From NCBI GenBank assembly GCA_965153285.1, contig OZ229111.1: a stretch of 64,000 nt of DNA; one strand, written 5' to 3'. A model generated the notes under the pieces. It was not told where the DNA came from. It saw only the letters and a list, made by a program, of their open reading frames with translations, and did not search any database. Position numbers and translations under genes: made by a program. This DNA comes from Podarcis tiliguerta. Its lineage: Eukaryota. The stretch's first letter is position 1, and every line of letters starts with the position of its first letter. Below are positions 12,689-24,796 of this stretch, one piece after another.

Positions 12689-13137
12689 GTAACAAAAAAT
12701 ATATATATTCTAGCTTTTAGAGCTTGAAGGTATCTGAAATGTGATACAAACCCCTTTACTGAGGCCATGCTTTCAGTATCCAAATGTTAACATACTAGTG
12801 CAGCTCATTCCAGCTGCAGTCTTCCGTAAGATGAAAGTACGAGGAACATTTTGCCACGCTGTTGTTGGGCGAGGCATGCAGGCACATAAAATGTTTTATC
12901 CTGGTGTGAACTGGGATAAAACTTCCTACCTGCCTGATACTAGCACTGAATTTGGACAACAAGATCCATCCATCCAAACCTCCCTTATAAAATGTTTTTC
13001 TTATACTTTTTATCAAAATGCCCACTCCCTCACCAGAGAGTTGTGTACCTGGTTTCATCTTCTGCGCAACGGTACCTTTTCCCACACATGTGGCTCTTGG
13101 TAAGAAATGTCATGTCATCTTATTTCCCCCCAAACAG

Positions 13138-13281
13138 AATTTCATCCTGGGGTACCATGGAAAGGATTGCAGAACATTGACCCTGAGAATGATCCTGACG
13201 TTACACCTGGAAGTGTTCCAACAGGGCCAACTATTAACACCACCATACAAGATGTTAATCGCTATCTACTCAAGAGTGGAG
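13138..13281 (+). CDS. TNRC6C: TNRC6C exon ([26 protein letters not shown]...YLLKSG), PAM2 core that binds the PABPC MLLE domain, phase 1-1
   Basis: caaacag acceptor, GAG|gtagag donor; 144 nt; EFxPGxPWKG is the GW182 PAM2 signature. Confidence 0.96.
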
Positions 13282-16200
13282 GTAGAGTAATATCCATGTG
13301 TCATGTTGCCTTTATTGTTTCCCTTCCTTTCTCTTCAACTTCTGTGTTTTTATAGTATACCCAAGTCTGAAAGCCATCTGTACTCATGACCAGAATTGAC
13401 ATAATTTGCAATTGTATTTGTTCCCTAAGGATTTAGTTCTTAAGCTATAAACAGCCTTGGGTGGCTACAAGTTTAACCAGCAGAATAGCAGGGAACAGCC
13501 CTATGTCAACCTTCTCTGCTGGCTGCTTTCCCACCCAAGAAAACCACTCCCTTCCAGCTGTTCTTTCAACTTATGGGAAAGGTTGAGCCAGACAGGGGAA
13601 TGACTAAGCCTCCCCTTCCTCTCTGCTTTCAATTCACAACCTCCTAGTGCTGAATTTTATCTTATTTTTAAGGCAAATAGAGAAAGATGCACATCACTAA
13701 ATGTCATGTCTAGTTTTGGTCCTTACACTCATGTAACTCAAAACTGTGCCTGAATATCTACTGTATTTCATAATAGCTGTTTCTGCTTGAACATCTCAAG
13801 GGAGTTTTGATTTATTTTGACTTTGACCTGTAAGGGTATCACTTGAAGACTTCATCATCATCTTTGGAATTTTAAGCCTGTACAAGTTTTAGTTTAGTGG
13901 ACAAGTCTTCCATGTTCATCAGAAGTTGCTATGTCACCCCTGAGCTTCAGTAAAGATTTCCTTTTTCCTGTACATTACAGCTGTGAAGTCATAATCCAGT
14001 TACAAGCAGCTGTCCTGTTAACAAGAAAGTGAATATCATAAATCTCATATGGGGTGTCATTTGTGATGAGAAAATGGGCTGACCCATCACTAAACCTAGA
14101 AGCAGGCAATATATATAAAAATAAAGGCCCTATATAGTGAACGTTCTTTGTCACATCTTTATCTGAGCTTCCTCAAACACCAGGCTATTGACTGTACTAA
14201 CTGCATTCTAAAGTAGCAGAAACAAGCGCTGCATCTGAAGATGCCTGGCTTATATTGAAGTGACTTGCACTGCCCAGTGGAAGTCCAGTAGCAACAATAC
14301 TAACTGGAGTATAGTTGTGTTGGTAATTTACATTTAACAGGCCTCCCAGTTATAGATTGAGCTGCTTCACTCCCTATCTTCAAGGATGACTATGTATCAG
14401 TTTTGTCCTTAGAAGTTCTGTATGTTTGGGTGTATTTTTCAGCTATGTTCTTGGATTTGTTGGCTGGAAAAAATAATTGTTTGTCTCCGTTACGCCATCT
14501 ATGTACATTTTACATAGAAGTTAGACACATAAGAATAAGAGATTACAGTCAGTAGTAGACATTTGCATGTATGTACAAAGCTCTCTGCCTTTTGTTTCCT
14601 ACATGTACTGTAATATCGTTCTTCTCAACCCAGGCTGTAAATCATAAGGCCAGTGAACTTAGTGTATCTCCCTTTCCTGCCTGGTGGCATCCCTTTGGAA
14701 TTTAAGGGAATTAAAAATAGCCATTATTTGTGGTCCTTTGCCTCATATTTGTGGGAGCCTTGAAAACCCATCAAAGATGGTGGGTGGGGTTGAAAGGATG
14801 CATGCACCACTACATTTGCCTTGGCCCTTTTCTCCCTAGATTCCAAGATGGAACTGGTGTCAGATTTTTGCAGCTTATTCACCCACCCAGCTGCACTGAA
14901 TGACCCTTTTGCATTCTGTGAGTGCAGCTAGACATGATCTATGATTAGCTCTCCAGCTCCTTTTTAACAGTTTAATGGCAACTGTGGAGTGTGCAGTGGA
15001 AATAACTGAGCTACTGAGGTGCTGGGGTGGGGTTTCTATCATTTCCTGGCAGAAAGGAAAGGGGGTTTCCTTTTCCTTCCATCATTTTCACAATTATAAC
15101 TCATTTCCAAGATTCTGTTTCTATCATCATGAAGACATACAGGTACTATATGGCTGCAAATAGCAGCTTCAGTGGATGAGTGAGGGGCAATTTTCATTAG
15201 GTGTTAGCTCCTTGCTTTCCCCCAGTACCAGCATCCTAATTGGATTCATGACAGATAAACACACTGGACCCGCTCTTAAACTGTTTAAAAAACAACACAC
15301 ACAACAACAACAACCCAGAAACATCTAATTTGCTTCTGAGATTATTTCACTGCTGAGCATTACTTTGGTTGAAGGATCAAACTCCACAAGGCAGAGGGGG
15401 GAATGAGGGGGGAGAGATGGTAATGAGAGTGTAGACTTGTGGAGTGGGGGAGAGGAATCATAAGTTGTAGAGAAAAAATGGAAATTTGGATACTATGAGA
15501 TCTGTACAGGGGGAAGAAGAGTGCTATAGGAAGCATAGAAAAAAATAGGGGAGTGATGGCAGAAACACCTATGGATAGAGAAGCAGAAAAATACAGGATT
15601 TGAAGAAAGAACAAAGTATGCTGTTTCTCAGTATAGAAAGAAAAGTGGTTAACGGAGAATGGGTTAAAGAAAATGCAGCATTAACATTTTCAAGAAAAAT
15701 GAGTTTCAGTTATTAACCATATGATGTAGTACTCTTGCATTAGTAAAAATATAAAAGTAGCCTTCAGTTTGACTGAACTCCAAACTATGATTAGAAGTTG
15801 TACAGCCCTGTTCTAATGCATACCTTAATGCAGAAGCTATTCAGCCCATAGGCAAAGCTGTTTTCATACTGTAAAGTAGAAATTGATGTTGTAAAATAAT
15901 ATGGAAACCAGAAAAACTTACGGAAAATATTTATTTTGTATAATTCTGTGAACATTTATACATGTGCACTCCTCAATAATGAAGTGGCCAGGTTCATGGT
16001 TCAGAAATCACATTCCAATCCTTCACCACCCCACCCCAAAAGAGTTATGATTCCCTTTTCTGTTTTAGAGCTTCCTCTAACCACAGTTTGCCATCAAAAT
16101 TAGGCAAATTAGTACTAACCTCCAAACATCATTTGACCCATAGTTTAAAGTGGATTTACAAACTGAATTGTCTCCGACCAATCTTTTGAAAGGAAAAGTG

Positions 16201-16424
16201 TGGGTAACAGAAGGACAGTAGATTGTTCTGGATGGGGAAAACAAGGTGATGAAAAGAGCAGGATATATTTCTACTGCACAGACTGTGAACAGTGAAGCCT
16301 TTTGTAGATGACAAGATTTTTCTAGCATTTGAAGCATTCCTAAGACTCTCAGGGCTCAGCATCAGAATGCACATATAGAATCATGGAAACTTGTTTTGTT
16401 TATGTGTTGCTTCTTGGTTATTAT

Positions 16425-16787
16425 GGGACGCGGGTGGCGCTGTGGGTAAAACCTCAGCGCTTAGGACTTGCCGATCATATGGTCGGCGGTTCGAATCCCC
16501 GCAGCGGGGTGAGCTCCCGCTGTTCGGTCCCAGCTCCTGCCCACCTAGCAGCTCGAAAGCACTCTTAAGTGCAAGTAGATAAATAGGTACCGCTTTATAG
16601 CGGGAAGGTAAACGGCGTTTCCGTGTGCTGCGCTGGTGCTGGCTCGCCAGAGCAGCTTCGTCACGCTGGCCACGTGACCCGGAAGTGTCTCCGGACAGCG
16701 CTGGCCCCCGGCCTCTTAAGCGAGATGGGCGCGCAACCCCAGAGTCGGTCACGACTGCCCCATACGGCAGGGGTACCTTTACCTTTA
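16425..16787 (+). mobile_element. Sauria SINE, full length
   Basis: tRNA-derived head gggacgcgggtggcgctgtgg with B box ggttcgaatcc; (ACCTTT)n tail; 13-bp TSD tcttggttattat; CpGs retained. Confidence 0.93.
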
Positions 16788-18076
16788 TCTTGGTTATTAT
16801 ATTGCACAATGAAAAATTATCTGCATTTTTTTAATGCAAATTTAATTTTAGTATGGTTGACATAATTCCTGTGACTTTGCAACTAGCTGAGGCACCCTGA
16901 TGCCTATTTATCAACACATCTTCGTATGCATACTTACTACCATAATTTTATCTATCTTATACATGCTGCCTGGATGTTCAGGTTCTCTGTTAGTAATACA
17001 AAAATACCCTGTACATTCAGTATTGAGTGTTGTTCTTTCAGCAGCTGGCATGAGCACAGCTGTGAATGCATTGCCAGAGATGTCTTCTTACAGTCATTAA
17101 TGACTGTGCCTTCTGCTAGAGGTTGCGGACAAATCTTCATCCACAGCTGTTTCTGTATTACAGCTATTTGCCCTCAATGCAGATTGAATGTTCTGTCATG
17201 CCTTTTTGTCATGATCATTGACAGTTCCACTTTACCTGCATCAAATCTAGGTCACCGTTCTTAGATTCACACCTTTTCCAGTTCATTTTCTCTCATTGTA
17301 TATGAGGATAGAGGGCATCATACCTGCAATCTTCACACCAAAATAGATTGTCTGTGTTTGGACATAATGTTAAACCACAGTAAAATGTTATTAAAATGTG
17401 CCTCAATTTCCCTTGGGCTTGGGCTCACCCTCTTCCCCCTGTGATGCAAGCACAAGGAGATCATTTGAAAACTAGACTGTGGTTAGACTTAACTATGGTT
17501 AGTGAAAATAGGCCAGCTTCATAAATTATGGCTCAAGCTCAAAGTTGGCTTATTGTCACTAACCATAGTTAAGATGCACTGGTTTGGACATGGTAATTCC
17601 TCCTCACAGCCATGTTGGAAGAGAAGTGGATAGAATGCAAGCCCACAGAAAGATTGGGCTTGTTCTCATTGCTAAATTATGCTTTAGTTACTGTGAACCT
17701 ACCCAGTGTCTTCAGTGCAAGATCTCTCTTCTCAGGCTTTTACTCTTTCACTGGTATATTTTTACCACAGTATCTGCATTGCTGCAACTTTGACTTACTT
17801 CAGCTGTAATGCCAAACCATGCTTTTTCATTAAATGAATGAGCCTCAGGCTGACTTATTATTTCCTTTCCTCAGATGTTTCAGTCCTTGCCCACACTTCC
17901 TGGTTCTTAGCAAACATTTGATCTTGGTTTCTAGTTCTGGTTTGAAGGCAAACCATGCTGAAATGGCAAACTATGCTTTGCTGAGAACTAGGAAGTATGG
18001 GAAGAAATCAGAATACATGAGGGAATGAATGAATGCACAAGCGTGTGAGGTTCATTCATGTGAGCTGAGCCATAGA

Positions 18077-18187
18077 GTTGTGTTCAGCTAAGTTTACTCA
18101 TGGCAGACCCACTGAAATAAATGAACATGACTAAGTTAGGTCTAAGTTAAATGGTTCTACTCTGAGTAAAATTGAGGTGTATACCAC
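18077..18187. mobile_element. Short degenerate palindromic element
   Basis: tttactca...agacccactgaa arm pairs imperfectly with aatggttctactctgagtaaa. Confidence 0.5.
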
Positions 18188-20277
18188 TTATAATCTTCTT
18201 ACATTTATTGACTCAATGTAAGCATTCTGCTTCCAAGACTTTCAAAGTAATTTTAGTAATATTTTCCTTCATAATTTTCCATAGATCCAACTCCCCCCCC
18301 TTATGTGCTAAGGCAGGATCACCACCATATATGGAGAACATATAATCAGGTTGATTTGCTGATTTCCTGGAAGCATGGGAGCCATTCAAGTATATATATG
18401 CTCATGGGAACTAAAGCACTGGTTTCATGCAACACTCACGGACTGCTCAACTGACTTCCTCATAGTCTGGGATGATGCAGTCCACATGAGTGTGGGATAC
18501 ACAAAACATTATGCAGCATCATGCAGTTTCTTTGTGGGTTTATACTGCTGGTTTTTCACTGGAGCATTGATCCTGGAGCAGAAGTTATCACACAACTTTG
18601 TGTTACAATTGGTTTTAGTATGTATAGTTATCTTGTTATGAAATACTTGTACAAGATAACGGCCAACCTTTTTTGAGACTCAGAAAATAACATCAACTTT
18701 CCATTTTCTGAATTTATATACATTAGACATTATCTTATTGTAGAGGTAGCAAATGTAGGCAAAAAGCTCAACTAGGCTCGGAAGAGATCTGCTTCCCCTC
18801 TGCCCCCCCCCCCCAAGCCTCACAGACATGCATGCAGGTGGTGTGATAGGATGTTAGACAGAAAGGAGCATCTCTGTACATCTCATGCATGCCAGTCCAG
18901 TCTGTCCTCTGCCCAATACAAGATACTTACGCTATGACCACAAGTAACTTGCAAGGCATGGAGAGAAGGGGCTGGATATGTGAGGCATGCACAGATGTCC
19001 CATCACAGTGCCTGCATATTTTTCAGTGTTTGAGCAGACAGAGAAATAAAAACCAGGGAGCCCTATTTGAGTCCTCTGAATGTGGGTGCTGCAGCCGCAC
19101 AGCATATGGATCGGCCCTCTGTTATTACTGAAAATGCTGGGTGCAAGAGCAAGACATAATGCAGCAAATCAGTCACTAAAGAGCGGTTCTCTTATTAAAA
19201 AAACCATTCACATATACATCTAGTCTTCACAACAATATAGCAAGGTACCTCAAGCAGAGGATATATTCACACAACACAATCTACCATAGACGAGTTCAAC
19301 GTGGGATCCTTAAGCCTTTAAGATGAATGGCTGATGTTTGCTTCACCACATCTGAAAACTTGGATAGTCCCTTAATTTATTAGAATAGAGTTGTTGTCCA
19401 CTTGTATAGTAATGCTAATGTTAGATTGGATTCGATTATTTGGGCTTTCCCCCTTGAGATTCTTCCTTCATATATAAGTTACCCATACCAACAAGATGCC
19501 ATGTGTGAAAGTCATGTTTAGCCTTTCTGACTATATAAATAACTTCTAAAGTAATTTGTGTGCCTCTGTCTAAGAAGCATTACAACAGAATTTATAATTC
19601 CAGGTGGCTTCTAGCAACTTGACCACCCTATTGGTTTTCAACAGCCTGAATGTGGCAGTTGCACAGTGGCTGCAGAGCACTAGACACTCAGCTCCCAGGG
19701 CAGATCTGTGGAGGCATTTGGTCCTGCAGCTCTGGCCTTGGCTTGTGATGTGACTTATTTTGCTGAGGCTTGTGGGAACATCCTATGCCACAAAGCTGGA
19801 GGGGGTGGGATTGGCTGGCGACAGTTGCAGGGATTCTCGAAGGCAAGTGGGGCTGAGATGAGCACATCTGTCTGACCTGCCTTGCACAGAACGATGCTTT
19901 TAACTTTCTGACACATGAGTCACCACAACTGATATAGCTGCATTTTCATAAACATTTTTCATCTACGATTCATGTATCCTGGATACGGTGGCAATGAATG
20001 TCACCTTCTTGGAAATAACAGTTTAAGGAGAGTTAGAATGTATCCTTCTGCATGGGCACAACTACCCTTGTCACTGTGCCACCCTTTTTTGTACTTAGTT
20101 CTGCTGCATCGGATCATGCTTCCTATAACATTTCATTCCTAGACCTCAAAGGCAAGGCTGGGTTAGCATCTTACCTTGCATGGTTTCTGTTTGCACATGA
20201 CGGTGTTAGAATTGCATATGCTACAGTAGACACCATTCTGCCCATCTTTCTTAGTTGCTTCTTTGCTGGTTCTGCAG

Positions 20278-20394
20278 GGTCATCCCCAACATCATCTCAG
20301 AATGCCACGCTGCCTTCATCGAGTGCCTGGCCACTTAGTGCCTCCGGCTACAGTAGCTCTTTCAGCAGCATTGCATCCGCACCTAGCATTGCAG
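20278..20394 (+). CDS. TNRC6C: TNRC6C probable cassette exon (GSSPTSSQNATLPSSSAWPLSASGYSSSFSSIASAPSIA), phase 1-1
   Basis: ttctgcag acceptor, CAG|gtacga donor; 117 nt and frame-preserving; resembles the insert I recall in the longer mammalian TNRC6C isoform. Confidence 0.85.
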
Positions 20395-22623
20395 GTACGA
20401 CCAATGGTCTTTCTACTTAGAGTCCCTCTTTATCCACAAAGAGAGGAGGTTCTTGAAAGGCTTCTGCTCAATGTGGTAATGATGGTCCTATAGGTGTGCC
20501 GCATGTCTTTTGCATACTATGCTCCTTCAGTCCAGTAACTGTCCTGAGAGTTTGGCAGTGATGAATATGTAATGGGGATGTTTGGCACTGAAAATACTTC
20601 AAAATGAGAAACATAAATTAGATAAGAGTGCCAACGCCTTGGTGCATATTGGACTAAATTCTGTTCATGAAAACAGGAAAGCTTTTGACCGTCATTCAAA
20701 CTAGCTTATACTGTTTCATCAACAGAAGTTGTGGAATAAAGAGCATAGCTTGTCTGATGTTGTGTTTCTCATTTCCTGGAAATAAGTTGATCAATACAAC
20801 CAAAGTCTTTCACTTCTCCTTGTTCTCCCTTCCCTTCCCAACTTTGCCTACCCATCTCAGCAAATGTCTTGATGAAGCAGAAAGTGGGCAGTGTGGTCAC
20901 TGACAACATACATGTGGCTGAAATTCCATTGCATTATTTCTAACACATACCCAGCAATTTTCAAGATGCTGTCAGCAATCTTGCTTTGTTCAGCCACCCT
21001 GGGGCCAATAAGTGCAAGTGGACCCAATTGGGAAAACGGGGGTCAGGGTGGGGGGCAGCAACAAATTGTGTCCTTATTGCCCATCTCTAAATTCCCAAGT
21101 GGCCTTCTTGATCATGCCCTTTTCATATGATGCATCTTATTACAAAATGAACACCTGTGCTTGTATTGTAAAGGTAAAATTTGTTTCCAAACAATAAATA
21201 GCTTGCCTTATTCAGGGCCAGCCTAAACTTTTGTCAAATTGAAGCAAAAAGCCCTACTGTCTTGGTCCTGTGACTTCCTCTTTGACCTGGGGAAGGGGTG
21301 AAGAAAACAGGCCATAAAAGGTTTTTTGGCAATGCTTAGCCTGGTTTTCTTCCCAGCGCCATAGATAGGAAAAGGTGATGAGCTTGATCCCTTCATGTTG
21401 TAGGAGTTCATGGGAAGGCCCAGCTTCTCCTCCTCCTCCTCCTCCTCTCCTCTCTTTTCTCTTCATTTCAAAAGGAATAGGGTCGTTTCTGTGCACATAT
21501 TTTGTTCCTACCTGGAGACAGGGGCTAGGTCAGCAAAGGGGAGGGTAACTTGTGCCTTATCTCACATTGCCCATGAACCAGGAAGGAAGCAGCCAGTGCG
21601 GCTTTTAATCACCCTGGAAGGAATTGTGCCATGCACCCCCACATTGCATATCACACACTAGAAGGGGTTTGGCACAGTGCTTTTACTGCGAGAACAGGTG
21701 CTTACTGCTTACTTTTTTCCCGAGCAGTGCTGAGGAGTTTGTATATGCAAACTTTCTCAAGTTACCCTTGCCACTGCCACCTAACTTTCTCCCAGAGACG
21801 TGGGGCTTCAACCTGCAGATACTGCCAGGCCTACCCTAACTAGAATCAAAACGCCAGCAATGTTGCAGTTATAAATTTATGCATTTTAATTGATTGGCCA
21901 AAATAAGACACTTAACATCTAGCAGATAGGTAATTTTTGAGAGCCATGATCAAAATGTTAATATGTTGACATGATACTGTTTTATTTTGGTCTCCAGACT
22001 GAAGACTGTGAGGGTATTGGGTTTCCCACTGCTGAAAATGGAAAGGAATGCTGAACTCCTTTTCAGCCAGCAACTGCACAGCCCATGGATCTGATGTTTT
22101 TTTTACTGTAGCCCAAAACCTCAAAAATATTTTGAACATTTATTTTTCTTCTTTTGAGTTACATGGTCTTCTTACAGTACTTTTGCCCCCTTGATGTAAA
22201 CAATATGTAACCTACCACCACAGCAGGATGCAAGCCTAGATAGTCCAAATGATAATTCCAGTAACTGTGAATTTCTTAATGGGCAGTTTAAGCTGAAATC
22301 TGTAAGTAATAGGGAAAGCTCAGCTGTTTTTCTTTACTAAGCCCACACTGCCTGAAGTCCTGAGAAACTGGTGTACAGCTGGAATATTATACTGTATTTC
22401 AGATCTCCCCTCTCCACGGGGGTGCTTTGGGACCCATATGGGGCAAACAACGCAGAATAGACACCAAAAACGGCTACACGAGCACAGGTCTGCATGAATG
22501 AAAATGATCTTGGTGGGTTGTGGAAACTTTTTCTACAGCTCACCAATGTCATTTACATTCATGCAGACCTGTGCTCAGGTAGCCCATGCTTTTGGTTTCT
22601 TATATTTATATACCCATTAGGAC

Positions 22624-22832
22624 TTGTATCCAACCAAGTTCTTCTTTCAGCTCAAGGGCTTTTGTCTGTGCAGTGGAATATCTTCTTCCCATGTGCTGCT
22701 CCCCCCAAATCTGTTCTGGGGGTTCCCCCAACCCTCCTGATCAGATGACAGGCATGGGGATAAGAGAGGGAGAGGAAATTCCATTGCACAGGCAGAAGTC
22801 CTGCATTAAAAGGACAGCCTCAGTGGATACAA
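22624..22832. mobile_element. Related old DNA element (ttgtatcca...tggatacaa)
   Basis: Same terminal motif as 7121-7332 and a similar interior (cccaaatctg..ggggg ttccc..aaccctc). Confidence 0.55.
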
Positions 22833-24601
22833 TCTTAAATCTTCAGCTCTTTAGTTTAAGCTGTAAAGCGTGTATTTTTAAAAGATTACCTGTTAACAAT
22901 TCTTTAAAAGGAAATAAAACAAGTTTACTTACCCTTAATTTTATTTTTTATGCACTGTTCCTTCATATAGCTTTTCTCCTCCTATTTTTACTTATCATTT
23001 ATATACTTCTTAACAATGTAAGTCTCTGGTGAATTGTGCACTAACCATGTGAGAACCAGTGACATAATGGTAAAACTGTTTTGAAAATGTTTTCTTTTTT
23101 AAAAAAATGAAGATTCAACATTGAATATTACTTTTAAATCAGACTCACATGGTTTGTAAGACCATTTTTGCAGCATTTAACATTTTTATCCTTTGAGTTC
23201 ATCTTGTTGAAAAAATTGTATCTAGAAGGAGAACCAACTTGACTGCAAGTGAATTCACACACATCACAGCTGTACAGTTTGCACACAACATAAGGACTAG
23301 GTCCTGGTTCTCCCCCCCCTTTTTTTTTTTAAGGAAGGCCACACAAGTTTGAGGTTCACATTGGGGCAAGGCTGTGTGTTTAAGTTACACTCTCACAGCA
23401 CAGGGCATACACCGTGGTAAATGTGTTTAGTACTGCATGTGTGAATCAGCTTCCTCTCTTTATACACATGTGAAAATATTTTAAGGCTGGGAAGTTATCT
23501 TGCATTTTTCTTACTGACCTCTAAGTACATCATTTATATGATTGATGCTTAATAATGTGCATTTCTTTGCTTTCATTGAACACATACCATTCATTTCTGG
23601 TAGTGATGATTAAAAGGAATCAGAAAGGGATATGTGATTGTAGGAATAAATGTTGTGCCATGAGGGGTCCTTGTGGAAACATTTCAGATTAATATAGGAG
23701 ATAACAAGATGAGGAACTCCCTTCTCTCTTTCACTCCCTCCTCAGAAAGAAGGAGAGAAAGATGCTTCTCTCATTTCTGGGATGGCAGTTGAGAGGTCAA
23801 CTCTCTCCCCTCTGAGAGCCAAAGTAACAGCTGCCAAGGTACAAGAATGCCAATGATAGTGTAGATTCAGTAATACTCTATGACTAAAGGATGCAGAAGG
23901 AGCAAGATCTCCCTGTCTCTTGCATCCTTCACTCCCATCATCCTTTCTCTACTGATAACAGGAGAGGAAACAGTTAACATATTGTTAAGCAAGAAACAGC
24001 CTGATGTGGTCTCTTACTGCTTTCAGGCTATCTAGAAACAGTTGGAGAGCACCCAGGGTAATTGCTGGGCAATAACTTAAGATGTCAGCAATTCTCTTCC
24101 TCCTGTGGATAGAGAAGGAGGAGGAGGAAGAGGAGAAGGCATGAAATATGGTGATGGGGCAATGGGGCTTGTCAGCAGATCACTTTTGGAACTAGCAGGG
24201 GACTTGATCCACCATAACCTCTAGCATACCCAGAAACAAACATGACAGTTCCTCCAGTTCAAGAAGAAGAAAAAAGACTAATGTTACGTGCCTAGTCATT
24301 TAAAACCTGTAAGTAACTTGTTTTATTCAGAAGTCAGATTAATTTCAGATCTTACAGTTTGGACTCCGGAAGCATTCGCTAATGGGACTTTTGTCCAAAC
24401 CAGGAGGAACAAATCTGGAATCTTTAAAGGTGGTGGATTAATTATGCAGATATATTAGCAAGAGAAGCTCTGCCAGTTATGATCAGTGTTTGCTTTAGTA
24501 CTTATTATGTTGGTGTAAAGAGGAGAACAGAACCCTGGGGATCACTCAGTGTCCCTATACTACATTCTAACAAATACATGAATTGCATTTCTCTGTTGCA
24601 G

Positions 24602-24796
24602 GTAAACTGTCAGACATCAAATCAACGTGGTCCTCTGGCCCAATTTCTCACACACAAGCCTCTCTGTCCCATGAACTGTGGAAGGTGCCCAGAAACACTA
24701 CTGCTCCTACAAGACCACCTCCAGGCTTAACAAACACCAAGCCATCGTCTACTTGGGGTGCCAGCCAACTGGGTTGGACCAGCTCTTACTCCTCTG
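24602..24796 (+). CDS. TNRC6C: TNRC6C exon ([13 protein letters not shown]...RPPPGL...WTSSYSS), M2 region with P-GL motif, phase 1-1
   Basis: ctctgttgcag acceptor, CTG|gtattc donor (weak); 195 nt. Confidence 0.95.

Noticed and set aside
16381-16865. Cluster of ORFs, CpG-island-like composition and a tRNA-like B box
   Set aside because: All explained by the Sauria SINE; not a tRNA gene or promoter
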